A stretch of DNA of 64,000 nt, from assembly GCA_002159075.1 (NCBI GenBank), contig LZRT01000085.1, positions 6,177-70,176 on the forward strand. The letters are read 5' to 3'. The notes below the pieces were generated by a model, which saw only the letters and a program-made list of their open reading frames with translations, did no database searches and was not told where the DNA came from. The DNA is from Bacillus thermozeamaize (GTDB lineage Bacteria > Bacillota > Bacilli > ZCTH02-B2). A program made the position numbers and the translations under genes. Below, in pieces: positions 38,659 through 48,022 of the stretch (positions are counted from its first letter, which is position 1; every line of letters starts with the position of its first letter).

Positions 38659-39996
38659 ATGTCATACTTTAAGAAAATTTTGATTGCCAATCGCGGTGAG
38701 ATTGCCCGCCGTGTCATCAAAACGTGCCGAAAGCTGGGCATTCAAACGGTGGCCGTTTATTCGGAAGCGGACAAAGAGATGCCCTTTGTCAGGGAGGCGG
38801 ATGAGTCGGTCCTGCTGGGACCGGCCCCGGCCGCCAAAAGTTACATGGACATTGAGAAAGTCCTGGATGCCGCCATCGCTACGGGTGCCGAAGCGATCCA
38901 CCCGGGTTACGGATTTTTGTCGGAAAATCCGGCGTTTGCCCGCCGCTGTCTGGAAAAAGGGCTGGTCTTTATTGGGCCTCGTCCGGAAGTGATTCAAGCG
39001 ATGGGCAGCAAGATAGCATCGCGCCGCAAGATGCGGCAGGCCGGGGTTCCGGTCGTCCCCGGATGGGATGAGGACATTCCTACGGTAGAGGAAGCGAAAC
39101 GCATCGCGGCGGAGATTGGGTATCCCTTGATGCTGAAAGCCAGCGCCGGCGGCGGCGGGATCGGCATGCAAGTGGTCCGTACGCCGGAGGAGTTGGAGAG
39201 GGCATTTGTTTCCACCAGGCAGCGGGCGCAAACCTATTTCGGCAGCGGGGAAGTGTTTCTTGAAAAATGGATCACCCAGCCGCGGCACATTGAGGTGCAG
39301 GTGGCGAGGGATGCGCATGGTCAAGGCATTCATCTGTTCGAGCGTGAATGTTCCATTCAGCGCCGGCACCAGAAAGTGCTGGAGGAAACCCCTTCCCCCT
39401 TCCTGGACGAGAGGATGCGGGAGGCGCTGTTTGCAGCGGCGCTCCGGGGCATGGAGGCGATTGATTACACCAATCTGGGCACGATGGAATTCATTTTTGA
39501 CGGTGAGGGCAATTTTTATTTCCTCGAAATGAACACCCGCCTCCAGGTGGAACACCCGGTCACCGAAGAGACGACCGGGTTGGACCTGGTGGAGTTGCAG
39601 CTGCGGATTGCGGCGGGCGAGCCCCTTGGCTTGGCGCAGGAGGCGATCAGACAAACGGGCCATGCCCTGGAATGCCGGATTTACGCAGAAGATCCGAAAA
39701 CCTTTCTTCCTTCTCCGGGCAAGGTGGAGCGATTGGTATTGCCGGAAGGCGCGCGGTATGATTTCGCGGTAGAGGAAGGAAACCAGGTGACGCCGTTTTA
39801 CGATCCGATGATCGGGAAGGTGATTACCTCCGGTGCGACGCGGAAAGAAACGATTGAGAAGATGATCCGTGTGCTTTCAGAGATGATGGTGGAAGGTTTG
39901 AAGACCAATCTGCCATTATTGCTTGAGGTGTGCCGGAATGAAGCGTTTCAGGAAGGACGGTTTGACACCGGTTTTTTGGCGCACATGGGAAAATAA
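38659..39996 (+). CDS. Biotin carboxylase (AccC-like subunit of acyl-CoA carboxylase)
   Basis: N-terminus FKKILIANRGEIARRVIKT. ATP-grasp motifs. Length about 445 aa. ATG follows GGAAGGAGTGG. Confidence 0.9.
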   Translation: MSYFKKILIANRGEIARRVIKTCRKLGIQTVAVYSEADKEMPFVREADESVLLGPAPAAKSYMDIEKVLDAAIATGAEAIHPGYGFLSENPAFARRCLEKGLVFIGPRPEVIQAMGSKIASRRKMRQAGVPVVPGWDEDIPTVEEAKRIAAEIGYPLMLKASAGGGGIGMQVVRTPEELERAFVSTRQRAQTYFGSGEVFLEKWITQPRHIEVQVARDAHGQGIHLFERECSIQRRHQKVLEETPSPFLDERMREALFAAALRGMEAIDYTNLGTMEFIFDGEGNFYFLEMNTRLQVEHPVTEETTGLDLVELQLRIAAGEPLGLAQEAIRQTGHALECRIYAEDPKTFLPSPGKVERLVLPEGARYDFAVEEGNQVTPFYDPMIGKVITSGATRKETIEKMIRVLSEMMVEGLKTNLPLLLEVCRNEAFQEGRFDTGFLAHMGK

Positions 39997-40056
39997 CCTG
40001 TAACTTGACGGTAGACGATGCCCAAGCGAGGCTGGTTGGAGAAAGGGGAGACGAAG

Positions 40057-40500
40057 GTGAACATCGACAAATACTTTGAGGAATATGAAATTGGGGAGCG
40101 TTTCGTATCGCGCGGCCGGACGATCACGGAAGCCGATCTGGTCAACTTCTCCGGCATTTCGGGAGATTGGTATCCGTTGCACACCGATGTGGAATATGTG
40201 AAGACGACACCTTTCAAACAGCGGATTGCACATGGCATGTTGGTCCTGTCTATCGGCACGGGCCTATGCAATTTGCAACCAGGATATCTCATCGCCTTTT
40301 ACGGGATGGATCGGGTGCGCTTTGTCAATCCCACTTTTATCGGCGACACCATTCATGTTGAGTCCGAGGTGACGGAGAAGACAGATAAAGGAGAGCGGGG
40401 CGGCGTACTGACCTTTCGTCAGGAGATTAAGAAGCAGACCGGTGAAGTGGTGGTCAGCGCGATGAAGAAAATCCTGGTGGCCAAAAAACCGGCTTGCTAA
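40057..40500 (+). CDS. MaoC-like (R)-specific enoyl-CoA hydratase/dehydratase
   Basis: Hot-dog fold pattern ...ADLVNFSGISGDWYPLHTD. GTG start sits 7 nt after GGGGAG. Length about 147 aa. Confidence 0.8.
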   Translation: MNIDKYFEEYEIGERFVSRGRTITEADLVNFSGISGDWYPLHTDVEYVKTTPFKQRIAHGMLVLSIGTGLCNLQPGYLIAFYGMDRVRFVNPTFIGDTIHVESEVTEKTDKGERGGVLTFRQEIKKQTGEVVVSAMKKILVAKKPAC

Positions 40501-40577
40501 TTGATCGTTCCATGACGGACAGATTTGTCTGAAGGCGGGCCGGACGGTCATGAAGCCAGAGAAATGGGGGGTCAGAG

Positions 40578-41726
40578 GTGCGTTATCCGCCGTATTTTCA
40601 AGAGGAGCACGAAGCGTTGCGGAAAGTGATCCGCAGGTTTGTCGCAAATGAGGTGACGCCTTACATCGAAGAGTGGGAGGAGAAAGGAGAGTTTCCGCGG
40701 GAGATTGTCAAACGGATGGGAGAGTTGGGCTTTTTAGGCTTGCGCTATCCGGAAGAGGTGGGCGGACAAGGGGGAGATTATTTTTCCGTTATTGTCTTGG
40801 CAGAAGAGATGGCCCGTTGCGGAGCCGGAGGGTTCCCGATGGCGATTGCGGTGCAGACCGACATGGCAACGCCGCCGATCCTGGAATTTGGCACGCCGGA
40901 TCAGATCGAGCGTTTTCTGAAGCCGGCGATCCGCGGGGAGAAATTGGCGGCCATCGGGATTACCGAGCCCAACCACGGGTCTGATGTGGCGGGTATCCAA
41001 ACGCGGGCCGTGCGTGACGGGGATGACTGGGTGATCAATGGCAGCAAAACGTTTATCACCAATGGCCCGCGGGCTGATTTTATCACGATGGTGGTCCGCA
41101 CATCGGATAAACCGGGATACGAGGGGCTGAGCCTTTTTCTCGTGGAACTGGATCGTCCCGGTGTCTCGGTCAGCCGGAAGCTGGATAAAGTAGGCATGCG
41201 TTCTTCGGATACGGCTGAGATCGTTTTTGACAATGTACGGGTGCCGCAGGAAAACCTCCTTGGCGAAGAGGGGAAGGGATTTTACCAGATCATGTGGCAA
41301 TTGCAGGGAGAACGCCTCATCGGGGCGGCCGGTTCAGTCGGCATGGCACAGTACGCCTATGAACTGGCCCGCGATTACGCCAAAGAGCGGAAGGCGTTTC
41401 AACGGCCGCTCAGCCAATTTCAGGTGATCGCCCACTTGCTGGCTGAGATGGCGACCGAAATCGAGGCGGCGCGTCATCTGACGTATGCGGCAGCCTATCG
41501 TTTTGCACGTGGCGAGGTGCCGACGAAAGAGATTTCCATGGCGAAACTGGTTGCCGCCCAAGTGGCCCATTGGGTGGCGGATCGGGCGCTGCAGATTTTC
41601 GGCGGGTATGGTTATATGATGGAATATCCGATCCAGCGTATCTGGCGTGATACGCGCTTGTATCGGATTGGCGGCGGGACGGATGAGATCATGAAAGAAA
41701 TCATCGCCAAGCAAATGAACATCTGA
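40578..41726 (+). CDS. Acyl-CoA dehydrogenase (paralog of 9775-10932)
   Basis: N-terminus VRYPPYFQEEHEALRKVIRRF is highly similar to the ACAD at 9775. Confidence 0.9.
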   Translation: MRYPPYFQEEHEALRKVIRRFVANEVTPYIEEWEEKGEFPREIVKRMGELGFLGLRYPEEVGGQGGDYFSVIVLAEEMARCGAGGFPMAIAVQTDMATPPILEFGTPDQIERFLKPAIRGEKLAAIGITEPNHGSDVAGIQTRAVRDGDDWVINGSKTFITNGPRADFITMVVRTSDKPGYEGLSLFLVELDRPGVSVSRKLDKVGMRSSDTAEIVFDNVRVPQENLLGEEGKGFYQIMWQLQGERLIGAAGSVGMAQYAYELARDYAKERKAFQRPLSQFQVIAHLLAEMATEIEAARHLTYAAAYRFARGEVPTKEISMAKLVAAQVAHWVADRALQIFGGYGYMMEYPIQRIWRDTRLYRIGGGTDEIMKEIIAKQMNI

Positions 41727-41750
41727 GGCTGGTTGAAAGGGGGGATGTAG

Positions 41751-42908
41751 GTGTCTCACTGGATTTTTACGGAAGAGCATCAGATGTTTCGGAAAAGTGT
41801 CCAGAAATTTGTGGAAAAAGAGATCCTGCCTCATGTAGAGGAATGGGAACGGGCCGGCGAGGTGCCGCGCCAGCTTTTCCGCCGATGCGGTGAATTGGGT
41901 TACCTGGGCCTGAAGTTTCCGAAGGAGTATGGGGGAGCGGGGGCAGATCTCGTCACAGAGGCGGTCTTTATTGAGGAACTTTCCAAGTGCGGCGCAGGTG
42001 GCGTGGCTGCGGCCATCGGCGCACATGCCAATATTGCCATGACGCCTGTCTGGAAATACGGCAACGAGCAGCAGAAACGCAAGTACCTGGAACCGGCGAT
42101 TCGGGGCGAGATGATCGCCGCGCTGGGCATCACCGAACCCAATACGGGATCCGATGTGGCCGCCATTGCCACAACAGCCAGAAGAGAAGGAGACCACTAT
42201 GTTCTCAACGGCAGCAAAATGTTCATCACCAACGGTGTCCATGCCGATTACGTGTGCGTCGCGGCGAAAACCGATCCATCACGCGGGTACCGCGGCATCA
42301 GCCTGTTCATCGTCGAGAGCAAGTGGCCGGGGTTTCGAGTCGGAAAGAGTTTGCGGAAGCTGGGGTGGCGTTCATCGGACACCGCTGAGCTGGTTTTTGA
42401 AGATGTGCGCGTACCGGCAGAAAACCTGCTGGGGGAAGAGAACCAGGGCTTCTACTATATCATGAAGAACTTTCAGTGGGAGCGCATCTGGCTTGCCCTG
42501 TCCAGTGTGGCCCTTGCGGAAAAGGCCCTGGAAGATGCGATCCGCTACAGCCAGGAACGCACGCAATTTGGCCGGACGCTCAGCCAGTTTCAGGCGCTGC
42601 GGCACAAAATGGTGGATATGGCGGTCGATTTGGAAAAGGCGCGTCACTTGACCTATTACGCCCTTTATAAATACGCGCAAGGGGAAGACGCGGTGATCGA
42701 GACGACGATGGCCAAAGCTTACGCCGGCGAGATGGTCAGCCGGGTCACGGATATGGCTCTGCAAATTCACGGTGGGAACGGATACATGATGGAGTATCCG
42801 GTTCAACGTTATTGGCGGGATGCCCGTATCCAGTCGATTGGCGGCGGCACAACCCAGATCATGAATGAGATCCTGGTAAAGCGATTGGGAATCGTTGAGA
42901 ACCAGTGA
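41751..42908 (+). CDS. Acyl-CoA dehydrogenase (paralog of 10980-12125)
   Basis: N-terminus VSHWIFTEEHQMFRKSVQKFVEKEI is highly similar to the ACAD at 10980. Confidence 0.9.
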   Translation: MSHWIFTEEHQMFRKSVQKFVEKEILPHVEEWERAGEVPRQLFRRCGELGYLGLKFPKEYGGAGADLVTEAVFIEELSKCGAGGVAAAIGAHANIAMTPVWKYGNEQQKRKYLEPAIRGEMIAALGITEPNTGSDVAAIATTARREGDHYVLNGSKMFITNGVHADYVCVAAKTDPSRGYRGISLFIVESKWPGFRVGKSLRKLGWRSSDTAELVFEDVRVPAENLLGEENQGFYYIMKNFQWERIWLALSSVALAEKALEDAIRYSQERTQFGRTLSQFQALRHKMVDMAVDLEKARHLTYYALYKYAQGEDAVIETTMAKAYAGEMVSRVTDMALQIHGGNGYMMEYPVQRYWRDARIQSIGGGTTQIMNEILVKRLGIVENQ

Positions 42909-42961
42909 GAAAGGGTTGCGGGCAAACGTGACGACGAGAAGGCTGATCCTTGAACAGATGA

Positions 42962-43004
42962 GCGCACCTGTCTGACACGGCAGTCAGGATGCGCTTTATT
43001 ATTT
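42962..43004 (+). terminator. Probable Rho-independent terminator after the ACAD pair
   Basis: Hairpin gcgcacctgtctgacacggcagtcaggatgcgc followed by tttattattt. Confidence 0.4.
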
Positions 43005-43118
43005 TGGAAAAAATAATTAAAAAATTATTTCAAGAAAATACTTTAAGATATTCACTAAATATATTATGATATAATTATGAATTTTATCCTGTATATCCTG
43101 TATAGAGGAGGGGTCGTT

Positions 43119-44693
43119 GTGAATTCCGTGACGTTGATTAACCGGGTTGCCATTGGCGACATTATCCGTCGCAGCGCGAGGAGGTATCCCAGCAAAACCG
43201 CCATCGTGGATGGAAAGCGGCGAATGACCTTTCAAGAATTGGAGGGACAATCCAACCAATTTGCCCACTATCTGCTCAGCCAGGGATTTCGGAAGGGGGA
43301 CAAGATTGCGACCATCTGTCAAAATTCTGCAGACTTTGTTGTCGCAATGTTCGGAATCCATAAGGCGGGAATGGTGTGGGTCCCCATTAACCCGGGGCTT
43401 GCTCCTGCGGATATCCAGTATATTCTTACCCATTCCGAAGCCCGGTTGGTGATCGTGGATGATCAATTATTCGCCAATCCTTCCCTGCGGAATCTGCTGA
43501 TGGAGACCGTGGACAAGATGGTGATCATCCCGTATGCGGGTCTGCCGTCTGAGGATGGTCTGCCAATTATTGAAAGCGCTTTAGCGCTTCAGCCGACGGA
43601 AGAGCCTCTCCTGGAAATCGCGGAACGGGACGTGGCGCAGATCATGTACACCAGCGGGACCACCGGACGGCCAAAGGGCGTGATGCAGAGCCATCTTGCC
43701 GTCTACATTGCGTCATTGGGGAACATTATCGAAATGAATCTGAGAGCGGACGATGTTGCGACTGCGATGATGCCCCTTTTTCACTGTGCGCAGCACAGCA
43801 TGCTCACCTCGTTTCTTCACATTGGCGCGACCAACGTGATTCTTCGCGGCTTTGATCCGGTAACGCTGATGGCAACTATCGAACGGGAGAAGATCACGTG
43901 GGTGTTTGCCTTGCCGATGATGTACCGCGTGCTGCTGGATCACCCGGAACGTGCGAGCTACGATTTGTCCAGTCTGAAATTTTGCCTTTATGCGATGGCA
44001 CCCATGGACGAGAACACCTTGCGGCGCGCGATTGCGGAGCTGTGCCCCAATTTTGCGCTGGGCAGCGGACAGACGGAGATGTATCCGGGCACCACGTTTT
44101 TCAAGCCGGAAGAACAGTTGCGCCGTTTCGGATCTTACTGGGGAAGCCCTTCAATTATCAATGACACCGCGATCATGGATGAGGAAGGAAACTTGCTTCC
44201 GCCCGGACAGGTCGGAGAAATTGTCCACCGCGGTCCCAATGTGATGGAGGGATACTACAAAAATCCGGAGGCCACTGCCGAGAGTCGCCTGCACGGTTGG
44301 CATCACACGGGTGATCTGGGGATGTTTGATGCCGATGGGCAACTTCTTTTTGTCGATCGGAAGAAAGACATGATCAAAACCGGCGGTGAGAATGTCCCCT
44401 CGATCAAGGTGGAGCAGGTATTGCTCAGCCATCCTGCGGTGGCCAATGCGGCGGCGGTCGGCCTGCCCCATCCCCGGTGGTCCGAGGCGGTCACCGCATT
44501 TGTCACCCTTAAGCCCGGCGCTCGGGCAAGCGGGGAAGAACTGATCCAATTCTGCAAAGGACATTTGGGGGGCTTTGAAGTTCCGAAAGCGGTTCAAATC
44601 ATTGAACAGTTCCCGATGACAACAACGGGGAAAATCCAGAAACACGTATTGCGCGACACGTACCGTGATTTCTATGCGAAGGAATCTGTCTGA
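43119..44693 (+). CDS. AMP-dependent acyl-CoA synthetase/ligase (first of four in tandem)
   Basis: GTG start follows AGAGGAGGGG. AMP-binding motif YTSGTTGRPKGV. Confidence 0.85.
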   Translation: MNSVTLINRVAIGDIIRRSARRYPSKTAIVDGKRRMTFQELEGQSNQFAHYLLSQGFRKGDKIATICQNSADFVVAMFGIHKAGMVWVPINPGLAPADIQYILTHSEARLVIVDDQLFANPSLRNLLMETVDKMVIIPYAGLPSEDGLPIIESALALQPTEEPLLEIAERDVAQIMYTSGTTGRPKGVMQSHLAVYIASLGNIIEMNLRADDVATAMMPLFHCAQHSMLTSFLHIGATNVILRGFDPVTLMATIEREKITWVFALPMMYRVLLDHPERASYDLSSLKFCLYAMAPMDENTLRRAIAELCPNFALGSGQTEMYPGTTFFKPEEQLRRFGSYWGSPSIINDTAIMDEEGNLLPPGQVGEIVHRGPNVMEGYYKNPEATAESRLHGWHHTGDLGMFDADGQLLFVDRKKDMIKTGGENVPSIKVEQVLLSHPAVANAAAVGLPHPRWSEAVTAFVTLKPGARASGEELIQFCKGHLGGFEVPKAVQIIEQFPMTTTGKIQKHVLRDTYRDFYAKESV

Positions 44694-44731
44694 ATCATCA
44701 AAAACCATGATCGGATGGAGGCGACAGAAGG

Positions 44732-46306
44732 ATGAAGCAGCGTACTGTCAGCGAAGCGCTGCGGGATGCCGCCCGCCGGGCGCCCGGCAAACCCTTTTTC
44801 TACTACCGGAATCAGAAGTTCAGCTACAGAGAACTGGACGAACACTCGGATCGCCTGGCTACTGCGTTGATGGAACAAGGGATACGAAGGGGGGACAAGA
44901 TCGCCATCCTGGCCCTGAATCAACCGGAGTGGCTGATTGCCTTTTTTGCCGCGGCCAAGATCGGCGCCGGCGTGGTGGCTTTAAATGCTCGCTATCGTGA
45001 GACGGAACTGGAATACATGCTCAATCGATCAGCGGTCAAGTTGCTGATCAGTGTGGATGAAACACCGGAGTTCAATTTTCGCGACTTTTTCTATGCCTTT
45101 CGCGAGAAAATCCCGACGGTGGAGCGGTTTGTCTTTATCGGCGAAGGGTTTCCCGGAAGTTTGTCATTTGAGGAATTGCTGGCATCCGACGCGCGTACCG
45201 ACCTCCTGGCAAGTGCCGGCCAGGAGGTGGCCGAAGATGACACCATGATCATCATTTACACTTCGGGTACCACAGGCCGGCCTAAGGGGGCGATGCTGAC
45301 GCACAAAAGCATGCTGGCTTCCGCCAGGGCGCAAGCGGAACACCTTCGGATCACGGAAGAGGATATCGGTACAGGGCATCTGCCCCTCAACCATGTCGGA
45401 GGGATTACCTGTGCCGTGATGGTCGCGCTCGTCAGCAACAGTTCGGTGGTCCTGATTCCCCATTTTCGTCCCGATCTGGTTCTGCAGGCCGTTGAGAAGC
45501 ACCGGATCACGATCTTGGGCGGCGTTCCGACCATGTTTGTGATGATGTTCAACGTGCCTCAGTTCGATAAGTACGACATTTCTTCGGTCCGCCTGTGCGT
45601 CGCCGGCGGTTCCAACGTCGAACCGCAGTTGTGCCGATTGATCAACGAGCGATTTCCCGGTGCGAAACTGGTCAATCTGTACGGTGCCAGTGAAACATCA
45701 GGGGCATGTGTGATATCGCGGCTGGATGACACACCGGAAAAGGTGGCCCAGAGTATTGGGGTGATCATCGGCGATTTCCAGATGAAGGTGGTAGGGCCAG
45801 GGAAGGAGGAATTGCCGTTAGGCGAGATCGGAGAGCTGGCCATCAAGGGAGATTGCGTGGCCAAAGGGTATGACGGTTTGGAGGCAGAGACGAAAGAGGC
45901 GTTTTCTGCGGACGGCTGGCTGTACACCGGTGATTTGGCCTATCTGGATGAAGAAGGATACATCTACCTGAAAGGCCGGAAAAAAGAGATGTACATCCAA
46001 GGGGGATTCAACGTCTATCCCGCTGAGATTGAGAATCTCCTGATAACGCATCCGAAAGTGGCCATTGCCGCCGGAATCGGCATTCCGGATCCGGTGTTTG
46101 GAGAGGTGGGGAGGTTTTATATCCTGCCCAGACCGGGGTGCGAGGTGACGGAAGAGGAGTTGAAGGCGTTTTGCCGGAAACACCTGGCCGATTACAAAGT
46201 GCCGAGGGAATTTGTCATTGTGAATGAGCTGCCATTGACACCGGCTGGAAAGGTGCAAAAATCGGTGCTGAAGCAGCAGTATGAAGCAAGCAAAAAAACA
46301 CTCTAA
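44732..46306 (+). CDS. AMP-dependent acyl-CoA synthetase/ligase (second of four in tandem)
   Basis: AMP-binding motif YTSGTTGRPKGA. Length 524 aa. Confidence 0.85.
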   Translation: MKQRTVSEALRDAARRAPGKPFFYYRNQKFSYRELDEHSDRLATALMEQGIRRGDKIAILALNQPEWLIAFFAAAKIGAGVVALNARYRETELEYMLNRSAVKLLISVDETPEFNFRDFFYAFREKIPTVERFVFIGEGFPGSLSFEELLASDARTDLLASAGQEVAEDDTMIIIYTSGTTGRPKGAMLTHKSMLASARAQAEHLRITEEDIGTGHLPLNHVGGITCAVMVALVSNSSVVLIPHFRPDLVLQAVEKHRITILGGVPTMFVMMFNVPQFDKYDISSVRLCVAGGSNVEPQLCRLINERFPGAKLVNLYGASETSGACVISRLDDTPEKVAQSIGVIIGDFQMKVVGPGKEELPLGEIGELAIKGDCVAKGYDGLEAETKEAFSADGWLYTGDLAYLDEEGYIYLKGRKKEMYIQGGFNVYPAEIENLLITHPKVAIAAGIGIPDPVFGEVGRFYILPRPGCEVTEEELKAFCRKHLADYKVPREFVIVNELPLTPAGKVQKSVLKQQYEASKKTL

Positions 46307-46426
46307 AATATTTTGTGAAAAATGGATCTTTAAATTACAATCCGAACATTGTATGATAATCATTGTGAAAGCGCTATCCTTTTGGGCGGGCGATTTCTTA
46401 CAGCGATATTCATGGAGGTGTCGGCA

Positions 46427-47965
46427 GTGAACATTGGGAAAACGCTTTCAATCAATGCCATCAGGATTCCTGATCACGAGGCCCTGGTCTGCGAGGGAAG
46501 GCGGTACACTTACCGGCAGCTGAACGAACAGGTGAACCGGCTGGCCAACGGTTTGCTGAAACTCGGAATCCGGAAAGGGGACAAAATCTCCCTTGTGATG
46601 ACCAATTCCGATCATTTCGTGATCAGTTATTATGCGATTCTCAAGGTGGGTGGCGTCGTCGTGCCCATCAACTTCCGCCTCACGGCACCCGAAATCCAGT
46701 ACATTCTGGACCACTCCGACAGCATTCTGGCGATTGCCGATGGGGCGCTGGCTGAAACGGTTCTGACAGCGGCCAGGGAGGTCCCGGCTATCCGGTCAGT
46801 CTATGTCGTCGGTGATCAGCCGCCGGAGGGAAGCCTGCCATGGACCAGCCTGCTGGATGAGTCGGCGGCTGAGCCAGAGGTGGAAGTAGAGGAATCGGAT
46901 GACTGTGAGATCCTGTACACCTCGGGGACGACCGGCCGGCCGAAAGGGGCGCTGTTTGATCATCACCGGATTCTGTACGTGGGGATGAACATCATCGCCA
47001 GTATGAGCGTCAATCCGCGAGACCGGTTGTTGCATGTGGCGCCGCTGTTCCACAGCGCACAATTAAACCTTTTTCTGGTATCCGGAACATACGTGGGGGC
47101 TACCCATGTGGTGATGCGCGAATTTCATCCGGTGGAAGTGATGAAAACCATCCAGGAGGAAAAAATCACTCTCTTTTTCGGGGTGCCGACGATGTATTCC
47201 TATATGCTGCAAGTGCCCGCAGGCACATTTGACCTGACTTCGGTGCAGCGTTGCGCCTACGGTGCGGCGCCGATGGCGCCCGAGGTGGTCAAGCAGAGCA
47301 TGGAGATGTTTCAGACCGACCAATTTTACAACTTATGCGGTTTGACGGAGGGAGGGCCAGGAGGCGTATACCTGCCGCCTGAACGGCATTTGGACAAACT
47401 GGGTGCCGGTGGTATTCCGGTCATCAACACGGAAGTGCGCGTGGTGGATGACGCCGGAAACGATGTGCCGACTGGCGTAGTTGGGGAGATGATCATTCGC
47501 GGCGAGACGGTGATGAAAGAGTATTACAAGAATCCCCAGGCCACGGCGGAGGCCATCCGCGACGGCTGGCTGTACACCGGGGATCTGGCCGTGCTGGATG
47601 AAGACGGCTACCTCACGCTGGTTGACCGGAAGAAAGACATGATCATCTCCGGCGGGGAGAACGTGTACTCCACAGAGGTGGAACAAGTGTTGTATGCCCA
47701 TCCGCATGTGTTGGAGGCGGCTGTGATTGGATTGCCGCACCCGGTCTGGGGGGAGGTGGTCACGGCGGTGGTGGTTCCAAAACCGGGCCATGGGATCAAT
47801 GTGGACGAGTTGCAGGATTTCTGCCGGAAATCCCTGGCAGGATATAAAATACCGCGGAAGATTTTCTTTGTCGAGCAGCTGCCGCGAAATGCGTCAGGAA
47901 AGGTTTTGAAATATCAATTGCGCCAGACTTACAAGCATGCCGCTCAACAAGATCAATCCGTATAA
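46427..47965 (+). CDS. AMP-dependent acyl-CoA synthetase/ligase (third of four in tandem)
   Basis: AMP-binding motif YTSGTTGRPKGA. GTG at 46427 sits 8 nt after GGAGGTG. An in-frame ATG at 46412 is an alternative start. Confidence 0.8.
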   Translation: MNIGKTLSINAIRIPDHEALVCEGRRYTYRQLNEQVNRLANGLLKLGIRKGDKISLVMTNSDHFVISYYAILKVGGVVVPINFRLTAPEIQYILDHSDSILAIADGALAETVLTAAREVPAIRSVYVVGDQPPEGSLPWTSLLDESAAEPEVEVEESDDCEILYTSGTTGRPKGALFDHHRILYVGMNIIASMSVNPRDRLLHVAPLFHSAQLNLFLVSGTYVGATHVVMREFHPVEVMKTIQEEKITLFFGVPTMYSYMLQVPAGTFDLTSVQRCAYGAAPMAPEVVKQSMEMFQTDQFYNLCGLTEGGPGGVYLPPERHLDKLGAGGIPVINTEVRVVDDAGNDVPTGVVGEMIIRGETVMKEYYKNPQATAEAIRDGWLYTGDLAVLDEDGYLTLVDRKKDMIISGGENVYSTEVEQVLYAHPHVLEAAVIGLPHPVWGEVVTAVVVPKPGHGINVDELQDFCRKSLAGYKIPRKIFFVEQLPRNASGKVLKYQLRQTYKHAAQQDQSV

Positions 47966-48022
47966 CCATAACAAAGAATAAAAAACGACTCTGAAGGAGG
48001 GAAGCCTTCAAGGCGGCAAACG

